Below the pieces are notes generated by a model that was not told where the DNA came from, ran no database searches, and saw only the letters and a list, made by a program, of their open reading frames with translations. From Deltaproteobacteria bacterium (GTDB lineage Bacteria; Myxococcota_A; Polyangia; Haliangiales; Haliangiaceae): 61,119 bases of DNA. Location of the stretch: NCBI GenBank assembly GCA_029565465.1, contig JAKQOD010000652.1:1-61119 (forward strand), in the 5' to 3' direction. How positions within the stretch are numbered: position 1 is the first letter of the stretch; every line of letters starts with the position of its first letter. Shown one piece after another: positions 28,251 to 37,648 of the stretch. A program made the translations under genes and the position numbers.

Positions 28251-29393
28251 ATGAAGCTCGCCGTCTCGTTGCTGGTTGGAGCGTTGATATGGGCTACGTC
28301 GGCGCACGCCGACACCGAAATCAACGGCTGGGCACGTTGGAAACGTGCGACAGCGCCCGATGCTAGCGCCGAGCTGCCACGCAAAGTGCAAACCGGCAGC
28401 GTGCGCAATGGCCACATGGAAGGCCATTGGACCGCGCAAGATAAATATTATCGCGGCGAAGGCGATCTCAAAGCCGGCAACGGAGCGTGGCAAAGTTTTT
28501 ACATCGACGGCAAAGTGCTCGCGCGTGGCAACATCAAAAACGATCTACCCGAAGGTCCGTGGACATTGTTTCATCGCAATGGCCAAGTGGCCGCGACGGG
28601 AAACTTTAAACAAGGCGTGCGCGACGGCGCTTGGACATTTTTCTTCGACGACGAAGCCCACACCAAGCTTGCCGCCGGCACCTTCAAAAAAGGCGCGCTC
28701 GTCGGCGTTTGGCAACACTTTGGCCCCAAAGGCGAGCTGATCGCGACCACCGAAGTGCGCACACCCAAAGGTTGGCGCGGCAATGGTCATTTACTCACGG
28801 TCTCGAATCTGCCCGCCGGCATGCACCGGCAAGTGCACCAAGACGAATACAAAGACGACGCGCGCCGACTCGAAACTCTGTGGACGGATCAAGAACGCAT
28901 CTACGTCTTCGAATATGAAGATCCCAAACCCGAAGAGCGCACCATCTATATTGATCAAGACGGTTACCGCCTACGCAAACGCGCCAAAGGCTGGACGGCA
29001 GCGGCGTGTAGTTGGGATGCCAGCGAAAAACAAACTGCGCGCAAAGGCGACTTGGTCGCGTTTCACGCCAGCATAACGACGGCGCCTGGCCAAAGCGAAG
29101 CGCCGCAACGATACTGCGACAAAGAAGTTACCGTCGCCGCCGAGCGCAGCGCGCGGATCGAAGCGTTAGTCGCCGCCGCCGATGCCGATCGCATTCCGCC
29201 GCCTGAATTCATGCGCGACTACGTTCTATCCGGTTTTGAAACCGCCGCTAAAGCCGCCGAGCGCAAAGCCAGCGTTCCCGACATGGTGCAAATTCTCGAC
29301 AACGCGATGGGCGTCGACATCGAAATTGCCCACATCGATCAGCCGTTCATTCGCTTGTTTGCGACGCTGCCCGGCTATCAGATGCGCGACTAG
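28251..29393 (+). CDS. Secreted protein with MORN-variant (YwqK-like) repeats
   Basis: Signal peptide MKLAVSLLVGALIWATSAHA. Repeats GHMEGHWTAQ..., GNGAWQSFYIDGKVLARGNIKNDLPEGPWTLFHRNGQVAATGNFKQGVRDGAWTFF..., GALVGVWQHFGPKGEL. Confidence 0.7.
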   Translation: MKLAVSLLVGALIWATSAHADTEINGWARWKRATAPDASAELPRKVQTGSVRNGHMEGHWTAQDKYYRGEGDLKAGNGAWQSFYIDGKVLARGNIKNDLPEGPWTLFHRNGQVAATGNFKQGVRDGAWTFFFDDEAHTKLAAGTFKKGALVGVWQHFGPKGELIATTEVRTPKGWRGNGHLLTVSNLPAGMHRQVHQDEYKDDARRLETLWTDQERIYVFEYEDPKPEERTIYIDQDGYRLRKRAKGWTAAACSWDASEKQTARKGDLVAFHASITTAPGQSEAPQRYCDKEVTVAAERSARIEALVAAADADRIPPPEFMRDYVLSGFETAAKAAERKASVPDMVQILDNAMGVDIEIAHIDQPFIRLFATLPGYQMRD

Positions 29394-30607
29394 GGGGTAA
29401 GGCAGATCGTCTCGCCGGTAAGCGTCCACATGCCCAGATCATCCTGCAGCCAAACCAAATGTAGTGCGTTGCCATCGAGCGCCGAGTAGATGATTGAAGA
29501 TTTGGTTACCCTTGGCGCCGTGTAACGCGTGCGGCCCACCGTACCGTTGGGCGCAATTTCGATCACTCGAAAAGGAAAATCGCCTTTGGTCTGATACGCG
29601 AACACAAAATTGCTCGCGGTTGCCACGACGGCGGCAGCGGTCGGGTCATCCTCGAGGTTGAACAGTCGCGGTACGCCGTTGACTGAAACACCAGCTTCGC
29701 CAGCAACGCCGCTGAACTTCACATAACCCACGGCATTGCCCACTTTCGCCGTCGACGTCACGTGGCCACCCGTGCCCATATAGAATGGGCTCTTGGGCCC
29801 TGCACCCGTGGCTGTCATCGCAAATGTGTTGTACGTCGCAGCCGAAGTGTAGTCGTACGTTAGCGCAAACAACCCATCACCGTCGAAGCCAAACGCATCA
29901 ACCTGCGCTAGCAGCAAGTCGCGATCGCCACCTGGATTCGTGTTTTGAACCAAGCGTGCTTCGGTGCCACCAAGTACTTTGGCAAACGCGTTGTAGGTAA
30001 AATAGGTGTCATTTGCTTCAACCCGCATCTCTGACCAGCCCAGCGCAAACTGCTTGGTGCTGCGCAAGTAACCCAGCCGCGGCTCGTTGGCCTCGACCGA
30101 ATTGAGGCCAAACGTCGCCCGCGTTTGCACGGTGGCGGGCATCGTCACAGTGCCATCGCTAGCAAATTGGCTAACCGCCACTTGCGTCAACCGCGGCGCC
30201 GCATCGTCGAGGCGGACCTGATTCCATGCCACTGCAATGTTGCCTCCACCCTGCGCAAGTGCAACTCGCGGTGGGGTTTCGCCACTGTTAGTGTAGCCTG
30301 CTGCGCCTGCTTGCTTCTGCCATTGCTGCCCGTTGGCATCGCGCGCCGTTACGTCGATCGCATACGTGTCGTTGGCGCCGCGCACGGTTGCGACAAGCAA
30401 GCGGTTGCCGTCAAAGGTGGCAGCAATACTGTTGTCCCAGCTGTGTTGATACATCGAAGCATTGAACGTCACCTTCTGCGCAACGCATGCCGCGGTCGAA
30501 CCGTCGGTGCCGCCATCGTTGGTAGCCTGATTGCCGTCGCTGCCGCACGCGCTCCAAAGGCCAATGCTACCGCTCAACACAACGATGCCTCGTTTGCAAA
30601 GTCTCAT
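29390..30607 (-). CDS. Lipoprotein, function unknown (beta-rich)
   Basis: MRLCKRGIVVLSGSIGLWSACGSDG (lipobox). Long coding-like ORF, convergent with and overlapping the stop of the MORN gene by 4 nt. Confidence 0.7.
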   Translation of the reverse strand: MRLCKRGIVVLSGSIGLWSACGSDGNQATNDGGTDGSTAACVAQKVTFNASMYQHSWDNSIAATFDGNRLLVATVRGANDTYAIDVTARDANGQQWQKQAGAAGYTNSGETPPRVALAQGGGNIAVAWNQVRLDDAAPRLTQVAVSQFASDGTVTMPATVQTRATFGLNSVEANEPRLGYLRSTKQFALGWSEMRVEANDTYFTYNAFAKVLGGTEARLVQNTNPGGDRDLLLAQVDAFGFDGDGLFALTYDYTSAATYNTFAMTATGAGPKSPFYMGTGGHVTSTAKVGNAVGYVKFSGVAGEAGVSVNGVPRLFNLEDDPTAAAVVATASNFVFAYQTKGDFPFRVIEIAPNGTVGRTRYTAPRVTKSSIIYSALDGNALHLVWLQDDLGMWTLTGETICLTP

Positions 30608-30757
30608 GGCGAGGAGTTACCACAACCAATGAGCACTGTAAGCTGTGTAAAAATAGCGCAACGAGTAACCCTTGGTTCACAGCCGCTGTGCAAGCTGACG
30701 AGGCGCAGCGAAACTACAACGCGTGGCAGCACGAAGGACCGCAGCCCCGACGCTGGT

Positions 30758-31555
30758 ATGGCACTTGCACAGTCGCGGCTGGTGCAAGTTCGTCTATCCG
30801 TCTACTCGATCATTGCGTTAGGCCTCGCTGCGTGCGGCAACACTGACTCAAACTCAACTGCGCCCGACGCTGCGGTAAGCGGCTCCGATGCCGCAACGCC
30901 TGCCACCGCGCTTGGCACCGTTGAATTCTCCGTCGAAGAAATTGCGCGGGTGTCCCAGGTCGATGCAGTTTTCTATGCACAACAACCGTCATGCACCAAC
31001 GAAGTGATCGGTAAATGCCAGATCCGCACGTGCCCAACCCTGCCAACGCCAGTGTCTGCTGGCAAGCTACAGCTGTCGTGGACCGATTTCCAAGGTCCGC
31101 AAATGCAGTCGCTCGTTGCCGGCCCGCAAGGCAACTACTTCATGCACGTCACCGGTGCTGCGCTTTGGAAACCCAACACCAATGTCACCATCAGTGGCCC
31201 TGGCGACATTGTGCCAGCGTTTTCCGTTGCTGCGACCATGCCGCCTGGGTTTCAAATGGGTTTCGAAGATGGCATTTATCAAGCGCAACCATTTCGCGTT
31301 GCCGTCACCGCACTCGGCGCTACTGATTGGGAAATCCTGATCTCGCAAGCCACGACGCGTATTACCTGCACCTACGACGCGACGATGCGCGACGTGCAAG
31401 TGCCGGTCGCCGTGCTGGCAAAACTAGTGAAAGACAAGTTCGCTCATATTGCCGTGCGTGCAGTGCGCACCACGACGGTACGAGCCGGCGCGTATGACAT
31501 CGTTGTACGCACTGTACAAGAAGGGGTTGAGCCCTGGGATCGAGTTGTGCAGTAG
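30758..31555 (+). CDS. Lipoprotein, function unknown
   Basis: Start re-picked to the ATG at 30758: MALAQSRLVQVRLSVYSIIALGLAACGNTD (lipobox). The 5' 633 nt of the track ORF is antisense to the previous gene and not protein-like. Confidence 0.7.
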   Translation: MALAQSRLVQVRLSVYSIIALGLAACGNTDSNSTAPDAAVSGSDAATPATALGTVEFSVEEIARVSQVDAVFYAQQPSCTNEVIGKCQIRTCPTLPTPVSAGKLQLSWTDFQGPQMQSLVAGPQGNYFMHVTGAALWKPNTNVTISGPGDIVPAFSVAATMPPGFQMGFEDGIYQAQPFRVAVTALGATDWEILISQATTRITCTYDATMRDVQVPVAVLAKLVKDKFAHIAVRAVRTTTVRAGAYDIVVRTVQEGVEPWDRVVQ

Positions 31556-31559
31556 CAAC

Positions 31560-32213
31560 TCAGCTCGCTACGTTTGCCCGCGGCATGCGTTTGGGATTGG
31601 CGGTTGCGACTAAGGCGCCCATCAGTGCACGGTCGTCAGCGAAAACCAGCTGCTCGGCCTCGCTGCTACCGAAGCCAGTGATTTGCAAAATGCGATTCGG
31701 CGATTCCCGATACGCCGAGGCGTCGCGCGGGTGGCGCGGCTTATGCTCGTCGAGGATCCACGTCACAACGCCGCTAACCCACAATAAGTCGCCATCTTTG
31801 ACGGTGGTTTCACGTTCCAGCGCCAAGTTAGGCGCGTGAGTTTCGACCCAAACCGTGTGCCATGCCAACGCGTCGGCATTCTGCGGCAACGCGATTTGCA
31901 CCATGCCGGCATCGTCAAACAAGTAGAAGTGCGTCGCAGCGACATAGCTTACCTCACTACGGCTAGTGCCGCTGCTGAGCTCCATCTTCATGCCGCGCGC
32001 CGCAACACACGCCACCCCAAAATGCGGCGACTGCACAGTTGGGACGGCGAACACTTGGCCGTAGAGCTCGACGCGTTGCCCGTCTACTGCGTCGCGGGTT
32101 TGACTCGCAATGGTTGCAGCTGCCGGCAGTGCGGCAGGCATTCGCGACTTCGCTTGCAGCCGCGCGACTGCGCCAGCCACTGCAACGATCGCTACCAGCG
32201 CGAAGATCCACAT
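31560..32213 (-). CDS. N-terminally membrane-anchored hypothetical protein
   Basis: MWIFALVAIVAVAGAVARL is a single TM anchor. The rest is coding-like, with no family assigned. Confidence 0.55.
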   Translation of the reverse strand: MWIFALVAIVAVAGAVARLQAKSRMPAALPAAATIASQTRDAVDGQRVELYGQVFAVPTVQSPHFGVACVAARGMKMELSSGTSRSEVSYVAATHFYLFDDAGMVQIALPQNADALAWHTVWVETHAPNLALERETTVKDGDLLWVSGVVTWILDEHKPRHPRDASAYRESPNRILQITGFGSSEAEQLVFADDRALMGALVATANPKRMPRANVAS

Positions 32214-32264
32214 GCATGCAACGTACGAAAAAGCCGCAGCGACAACAATGCGCGAGCGCGCAGA

Positions 32265-33350
32265 TTAGCTCAACATCGCGGTAACGCGAGCGCGCTGTTC
32301 GTCGGACAGGCCAGTCAACAAGCTACCAGCGCCGATCTGAAGTTTGCCGTTCCAAGCATTGCCGTCGAGCCAACGATAAATTTCGCGGCGATCAGTAGGG
32401 CTTGCCATCGACCACAATTCGACTGCCAACGCTACGCTGGCATCATCGTGGCTACCAACCAACAGTCGCTGCATCAAATAGTAGCGATAGTCGATCGGAA
32501 ACTCGCGCAGGTTCGCGGGGTTGGCTTCGCGCATCAACAACACGCTTTGCCGCGTGTCGGCGCCGAGGTTGTTGCCGATGGTGGCAAGATTGTGTTTGTG
32601 CATTGCCGACACATCGCGTTTCACCTCAGCATTTTGGCCGTTGCGCCCGGGAGTTGCCACATTGCTGCTCCCTTCGATGCCTGGCAACCACATTTGTTGC
32701 GTAAGCCCCGCACGCACCCGCACATTCCAAAGCGTCGCGAGGTCGATCAACAATTTCTCGCCGCTCGTGCCAGCGCCAACGCTGCAACCATCTAAGACCA
32801 CTTCGGCATTGGCAGCAAAATGCGGCGCCAATTTTGCCAACTCGGCACGATCCGCTGCTGTCATCTCGTCGTTCATGGCGGCCCGCGTACCTACGCGTTG
32901 CGAACCGGCATGCCCGTGCCCAATAAACGTCAACTTATCAATCTTGCGCCCGTTCGCCCGCGCTAGCACGCCTTGCACCATTTCAGCAAACGTACCCGCC
33001 GATCGCCCCGGCGCAGGCGCAACTGCACCGGGATTGAGCAAGCGTTCAAGCGCCATGATGCCGTCATCACCATTGGAAACAAACGTAATCGACACTTTTT
33101 GCGTCGGCGTCATCGCGCCAACGATGCGTTGCACCACGCTATGGCCAAATTGCGCTTGCGCCCAGCTCACCAGTTGATTGGTGTTGGTTGAAAATGCCTC
33201 AACCAAGTCTTGGAAGCGTGACTCGTTGACCAGCTTGGTCGCATGCTGCGCCAGGCTAGGTGACATCGCCGGCGCCGCAGCGGCTGCATGTGCAGGCTCG
33301 GCGTTGTGTGCAGCCGTGGCTGCAGCGGCATCTCGGTCGATACGTTCCAC
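32265..33350 (-). CDS. Hypothetical cytoplasmic protein with a caspase-like (clan CD-like) His/Cys arrangement
   Basis: GTG start at 33350 (next in-frame ATG at 33266). KLTFIGHGHAG ... EVVLDGCSVGAG: each catalytic-type residue follows a hydrophobic strand, about 45 aa apart. No signal peptide. Confidence 0.55.
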   Translation of the reverse strand: MERIDRDAAAATAAHNAEPAHAAAAAPAMSPSLAQHATKLVNESRFQDLVEAFSTNTNQLVSWAQAQFGHSVVQRIVGAMTPTQKVSITFVSNGDDGIMALERLLNPGAVAPAPGRSAGTFAEMVQGVLARANGRKIDKLTFIGHGHAGSQRVGTRAAMNDEMTAADRAELAKLAPHFAANAEVVLDGCSVGAGTSGEKLLIDLATLWNVRVRAGLTQQMWLPGIEGSSNVATPGRNGQNAEVKRDVSAMHKHNLATIGNNLGADTRQSVLLMREANPANLREFPIDYRYYLMQRLLVGSHDDASVALAVELWSMASPTDRREIYRWLDGNAWNGKLQIGAGSLLTGLSDEQRARVTAMLS

Positions 33351-33463
33351 GGCCTATCAGCTTACGGCGAGAGCAACGAAAGGGTCAAGCCGAACTTGTT
33401 CGACATCGCGACAAAGCCCCGAAGCTTCCGCTCGGGGCTACGCCGTGCAAACAATGTTAGTGG

Positions 33464-36070
33464 TTAGTACGTTTGCATCGTTGCAAACACTTGGGCACCG
33501 ACGGTGAACACCACGGCAGCACCTTGATTGCCTGGCAGCGGCGTCACAATCGGCGAGCCACCGTTTGGACTGAGGCTACGCGGTGCCGCAAACGTTGTAG
33601 TGCCTACCGGCAGCTTATCAAGCTGCACACCACCGCCGTTGAGCTGTGATGCAACAAACGCGTTGCCAGCGGCGTCGGCTGCGACCGTGCGGGTTTGTGC
33701 AGTGCTAACGGCAGGCAATCCCACCACGCGAGTCGATGTTGTTGGGTTCGCAGCTGGAATTACATAGATGCTATCTGCATCGCCGGAAGCACCCAAGTTG
33801 GTGCCAACGGCGTAGATGACGCCAGCGCCGATTGCCCAATCCGAGTAGTACTCCTGACCGGGTGGGTTAACTTCGCTTGCGAATGTCACACCATTGTCCG
33901 CGCTTTTGCGAATATGAAAGCCTGGCGTGTCAGTAGCGACAACGACGGTACCTTCGACGATATCAAACATCACGTCGAAGAACGCAATTGATATCCCAAC
34001 GTTGGTTAACACGAAGGGACCAACACCTGCGGTTTGGTTGCGTGCAACGGCCACCCCACCTGACACCGAAAAGCCGATGTACACATCATCGTTGAAGGCC
34101 GCCAGCGACAAGCCCGACGAGGTCGATACAGCAGTGCCAATCAATGCTGACGCGCCCCAAGTAACGCCGCCGTCGGTCGTGATGCGCAGATACACGTCAC
34201 CCGTGTTCAACTGTACCGCAGCATACGCACGACCACTGCCACCCGCCGAGATGGCGACCTGCGCCACCGTAACTGGCGCATTTGGCAACGCGGCTGAGAG
34301 GTCAAACGGCGCCGAGAATGACACCCCGCGATCACGGCTAACCACGGCGTGCGCGCTAGTGCCGCACTGCATCACCGCATAAACGATGCCGCTACCGTCG
34401 ACCGCTACTTTGCGTGCGGCGTTAGCGACTGACGTGGTACAGGACAACGCACCGCTGATCAGCACTGGCGTTGTGGTGACAAACGGCGCCGTCTTACAGG
34501 TGTTGTCACAACCGTCGGTATTCACCGTGTTGCCGTCGTCGCATTGCTCACCAAGCGGGAATTGCACCAACCCGTCGCCGCAACGCTCAATTTTGCAGCT
34601 ATGGCCGCAACCGTCATCGTCGGCGGTGTTGGCATCATCGCATTCTTCACCTGCCTGCAACACACCGTCGCCACAAACTGGCAAGGCACACGAATTCGAA
34701 CAGGCGTCATTGTTGACCAGGTTACCGTCGTCACACGCTTCGATGCCGGCTCGGACAAAACCGTCGCCGCAGGTTGCGGCTACACACGTTGCTAGACAGG
34801 CGTCGGTATTGTTGGTGTTACCGTCGTCGCACGTTTCAACGCCAGCACGCGTGAAGCCGTCGCCGCACGCTGCCGCTGCGCAGGTGTTTAGGCACGCGTC
34901 GGTATTGTTGGTGTTGCCGTCGTCGCACGTTTCAACGCCAGCACGCGTGAAACCGTCGCCGCAAGCTGCCGCGACACACGTGTTCAAGCACGCGTCAGTA
35001 TTGCTACCGTTGCCGTCGTCGCACGTTTCAACGCCAGCGCGCGTGAAACCGTCGCCGCACGCTGCTGCTGCACAGGTGTTTAGGCACGCGTCGGTATTGT
35101 TGGTGTTGCCGTCGTCACACGCTTCGATGCCCGCGCGCGTAAAACCGTCGCCGCAGGCGGCTGCGACACACGTTGCTAAACAAGCGTCGGTGTTGCTGGT
35201 GTTACCGTCGTCGCAAGCTTCGATGCCCGCGCGGGTAAACCCATCGCCACAGGAAGCGGCCACACACGTCGTGAGGCAAGCATCGGTGTTGTCGCCGTTG
35301 CCGTCGTCGCAAGCTTCGACACCTGCTTGCACAAAGCCATCGCTGCAAGCTGCAGCAATACAGTTGTTCAGGCAAGCATCGGTGTTGTCGGTATTGCGGT
35401 CATCACACTGCTCCGCACCCTCGACAACGCCATCGCCACACGTCAACACGTTTGCAATGGTGATCGTCGCCGTCGCGACGGCAGATTCTCGGTCGCCGTC
35501 GGAAACTTTGTACGTAAACGTATCAGTGCCAAAGTAAAAGTCGCTCGGCGTGTACGTAAGATTTGGCGCCACGCCGGCAAGGGTGCCGTGCTCAGGAGGC
35601 GTCACCACGGTGAACGTCAGCGTAGTGTTATCGATGTCGGTACCAACCAACGGTACCAATACGCCTTGGTTTTCATTGGTGCTTGCGCTAACCGCCGACG
35701 CCACTGGCGCGTCGTTTACAGGCGTTACTGTTACAGCCACCGGAACATCTACCGAGCGACCGCCATCGTCGATCGTCACTGTAAAGCTATCGGCACCATT
35801 GTAGTTCGCAGTTGGTCGGTACTGAAACGTTGGGCCAGCGCCGCTGATCTCGCCGTGCGCTGGTGACGAAGCAGTAAAGGTCAACGCCACGTTTGGTGGT
35901 GCAACGGCGTGCGGGTTGATAGCCACGCTGCCGTCTTCCGCTACCGTTACCGAAACCGATTCATCCGCTTTGAGTTCTGAGGGATTATTGTCGCCACACG
36001 AAACCACGGCGGTGGTGCTGCTGCATAATAGAGCGAGCCCCATCCTTGTCATCCAAACTTTTTTTACCAT
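33464..36070 (-). CDS. Giant lipoprotein: cadherin/VCBS-like N-terminal domains, 10 cysteine-rich repeats, beta-propeller-like C-terminal domain
   Basis: MVKKVWMTRMGLALLCSSTTAVVSCGDN (lipobox). Two ~95-aa domains each ending in ...VNDAPVA / ...TATITIANV. Ten 32-aa units such as CGDGFTRAGIEACDDGNTSNTDACLATCVAAA. The C-terminal ~340 aa is Gly/Ser/Thr/Val-rich and propeller-like. Confidence 0.85.
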   Translation of the reverse strand: MVKKVWMTRMGLALLCSSTTAVVSCGDNNPSELKADESVSVTVAEDGSVAINPHAVAPPNVALTFTASSPAHGEISGAGPTFQYRPTANYNGADSFTVTIDDGGRSVDVPVAVTVTPVNDAPVASAVSASTNENQGVLVPLVGTDIDNTTLTFTVVTPPEHGTLAGVAPNLTYTPSDFYFGTDTFTYKVSDGDRESAVATATITIANVLTCGDGVVEGAEQCDDRNTDNTDACLNNCIAAACSDGFVQAGVEACDDGNGDNTDACLTTCVAASCGDGFTRAGIEACDDGNTSNTDACLATCVAAACGDGFTRAGIEACDDGNTNNTDACLNTCAAAACGDGFTRAGVETCDDGNGSNTDACLNTCVAAACGDGFTRAGVETCDDGNTNNTDACLNTCAAAACGDGFTRAGVETCDDGNTNNTDACLATCVAATCGDGFVRAGIEACDDGNLVNNDACSNSCALPVCGDGVLQAGEECDDANTADDDGCGHSCKIERCGDGLVQFPLGEQCDDGNTVNTDGCDNTCKTAPFVTTTPVLISGALSCTTSVANAARKVAVDGSGIVYAVMQCGTSAHAVVSRDRGVSFSAPFDLSAALPNAPVTVAQVAISAGGSGRAYAAVQLNTGDVYLRITTDGGVTWGASALIGTAVSTSSGLSLAAFNDDVYIGFSVSGGVAVARNQTAGVGPFVLTNVGISIAFFDVMFDIVEGTVVVATDTPGFHIRKSADNGVTFASEVNPPGQEYYSDWAIGAGVIYAVGTNLGASGDADSIYVIPAANPTTSTRVVGLPAVSTAQTRTVAADAAGNAFVASQLNGGGVQLDKLPVGTTTFAAPRSLSPNGGSPIVTPLPGNQGAAVVFTVGAQVFATMQTY
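34484..35440. repeat. Array of ~96-bp in-frame tandem repeats (10 cysteine-rich units), approximate bounds
   Basis: Codon-level periodicity of 32 aa. The central five units are near-identical at the DNA level (for example ...GTCGTCGCACGTTTCAACGCCAGCACGCGTGAA(G/A)CCGTCGCCGCA... recurs). Confidence 0.85.
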
Positions 36071-36196
36071 TCTGCCCAGGATACCGACCGGGAGCTAAAC
36101 GCAGCAACTCTCCGCCGACATCTTTTGCGAAATTTTTCGATTACATTAGGCGACACTGTACGCCATGTAATCCGGCGGCGAAGCTGACTAACGGTA

Positions 36197-37504
36197 TCAG
36201 CGCGCCCAGTACGCTTCTTCGTCGAGGCCGTCTTCGCGCTCGGGCAAGCCGCGCGTGAGCCGCGGCGCTGACTGAATCAGCACTTGGTAGCTCACCCGGT
36301 TGGCGTAGCGGCACACTTGGCTCATCGACGAGTACGTCAAAAAATCACGGGTGTGCTTCGACGAGTTCGGCACGCGGTTGCGGTGATAGCGGTTGGCCAC
36401 CAAGTCGTGTAGCAACGCGGCAAGCGCAGCGTCGCCTGCCCCGTTGGTGCTAGTGATGCGGGCTGGGCCACCGTGATACGGCGCAATGTGGGCGTAGACT
36501 TTGGTCGGCGTCGTGCACGCAGCGCGCCGCATCGGCCGGCTAAATTCGTAGCGATTGAACTCGGCGATCGCGCCCGGCAGCAACGGATAGCGGGTTTCGC
36601 GTTTCACTTCGTCGTCGGTGTACCCAGCCATGTACAAGCCAGCCGGGCCAGCGGTGCACAGCACCATATCTGCCCATTCAAGCGTGCGTTCACATGCCAG
36701 CAGCGGGTCGGACTCGCCAGTCAGCGCTTCGGCTTCTTCTTCGTTCATCGCCACCACGTTGACGTGCGCAGCGATGAACTCACGCCAAAACTCCGGCCGC
36801 TCGGCGATCAAAAAACGTGTGCCAAGCGTCAGCACCACCGGCACGTTGTTGGCTTTGGCCAACTCAATCGCTCGCAGCGTTGCATCCGGCATTGGTTGGC
36901 CAGCATCGCAGCGCAGCAAGTAAGCAGACAGCACTAGTGCACTGGCCTCGTCGAAAACCTTCGCTGGAATGCTTTCGGCACGCAGCTCGTTCATCTTGCC
37001 GGCGCAGATTGCAAACGTGCGTTCACCGTCGGGCGTCACCAGCGCAAAGCAGCGGCCAATCGGACCGTCTACTGGTTGCAAATGATCAAGATTCACCCGC
37101 GACGACGTGTTCGATAAATAACGATAGCCCGACGTGCCCAAGCGAATCTCTTCGCTCATCACCCCCAGCAAGATCGACGCGTCGTCGGCAAGCAAGCTGT
37201 AGTTGTGCAGCGTATTGCCAACCGTGCCGCCAGCGAATTCATACGCGATCAATTTGTTCGTCAGCAGTTCGTTGTACAGCGCTGCGGCTCGCGCATCGCC
37301 AATCACCGTCGACGCGCCCTTCGGCAGCTCATACCGCGCCAACAATTCATCTGGCACTCGCGCATCGATATCCACCAACGTTTGGTCGATCCCCACGATG
37401 TGCGTCGGCGCCGATGGCACATCCAACCCACTCGCAACGAACAACGGATCACGCGCTTGAACCGGAAAATAGTGCTTGTGCTTACGGCGTCCTGGAAATC
37501 TCAC
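36197..37504 (-). CDS. gsk: Inosine-guanosine kinase (PfkB family)
   Basis: GTG start at 37504. Full-length colinearity with my recollection of E. coli Gsk: (M)RFPGRRKHKHYFPVQARDP, GIDQTLVDI, FAGGTVGNTLHNYSLLADD, DGPIGRCFALV, NVPVVLTLGTRF, AMNEEEAEALTGESDPLLA, TNGAGDAALAALLHD, VCRYANRVSYQVL, RLTRGLPERED. Confidence 0.9.
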   Translation of the reverse strand: MRFPGRRKHKHYFPVQARDPLFVASGLDVPSAPTHIVGIDQTLVDIDARVPDELLARYELPKGASTVIGDARAAALYNELLTNKLIAYEFAGGTVGNTLHNYSLLADDASILLGVMSEEIRLGTSGYRYLSNTSSRVNLDHLQPVDGPIGRCFALVTPDGERTFAICAGKMNELRAESIPAKVFDEASALVLSAYLLRCDAGQPMPDATLRAIELAKANNVPVVLTLGTRFLIAERPEFWREFIAAHVNVVAMNEEEAEALTGESDPLLACERTLEWADMVLCTAGPAGLYMAGYTDDEVKRETRYPLLPGAIAEFNRYEFSRPMRRAACTTPTKVYAHIAPYHGGPARITSTNGAGDAALAALLHDLVANRYHRNRVPNSSKHTRDFLTYSSMSQVCRYANRVSYQVLIQSAPRLTRGLPEREDGLDEEAYWAR

Positions 37505-37648
37505 AGCGGGCCTCTGCGCCCCAGCTTACCAAACTGCACGGCGACAACTGTGATCTTGTGCCCACTAAGCTGCAGCGTGGAGTGATTTTCATATGGTTCG
37601 TAAGGCAATCCGATTGCACTGGCGACCCAGCTACGCGATACCGACGCA

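Noticed and set aside
30125-30757. 5' extension of the 476-aa track ORF
   Set aside because: It overlaps the minus-strand lipoprotein gene 29390-30607 and is not protein-like. A lipoprotein signal peptide begins at the internal ATG at 30758.
34484-35440. Regular ~96-bp periodic repeats, considered as a possible CRISPR or other non-coding array
   Set aside because: The period is exactly 32 codons and the repeats sit in an uninterrupted ORF with conserved Cys/Asp/Gly positions. There is no repeat-spacer alternation and no cas genes.
34386-35537. 383-aa plus-strand ORF with PSSH(A/V)S(T/M)PARVKPSPQAAA repeats
   Set aside because: It is the antisense reading of the cysteine-rich repeat array. 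Its periodicity simply mirrors the real minus-strand gene, and it has no independent start or SD support.
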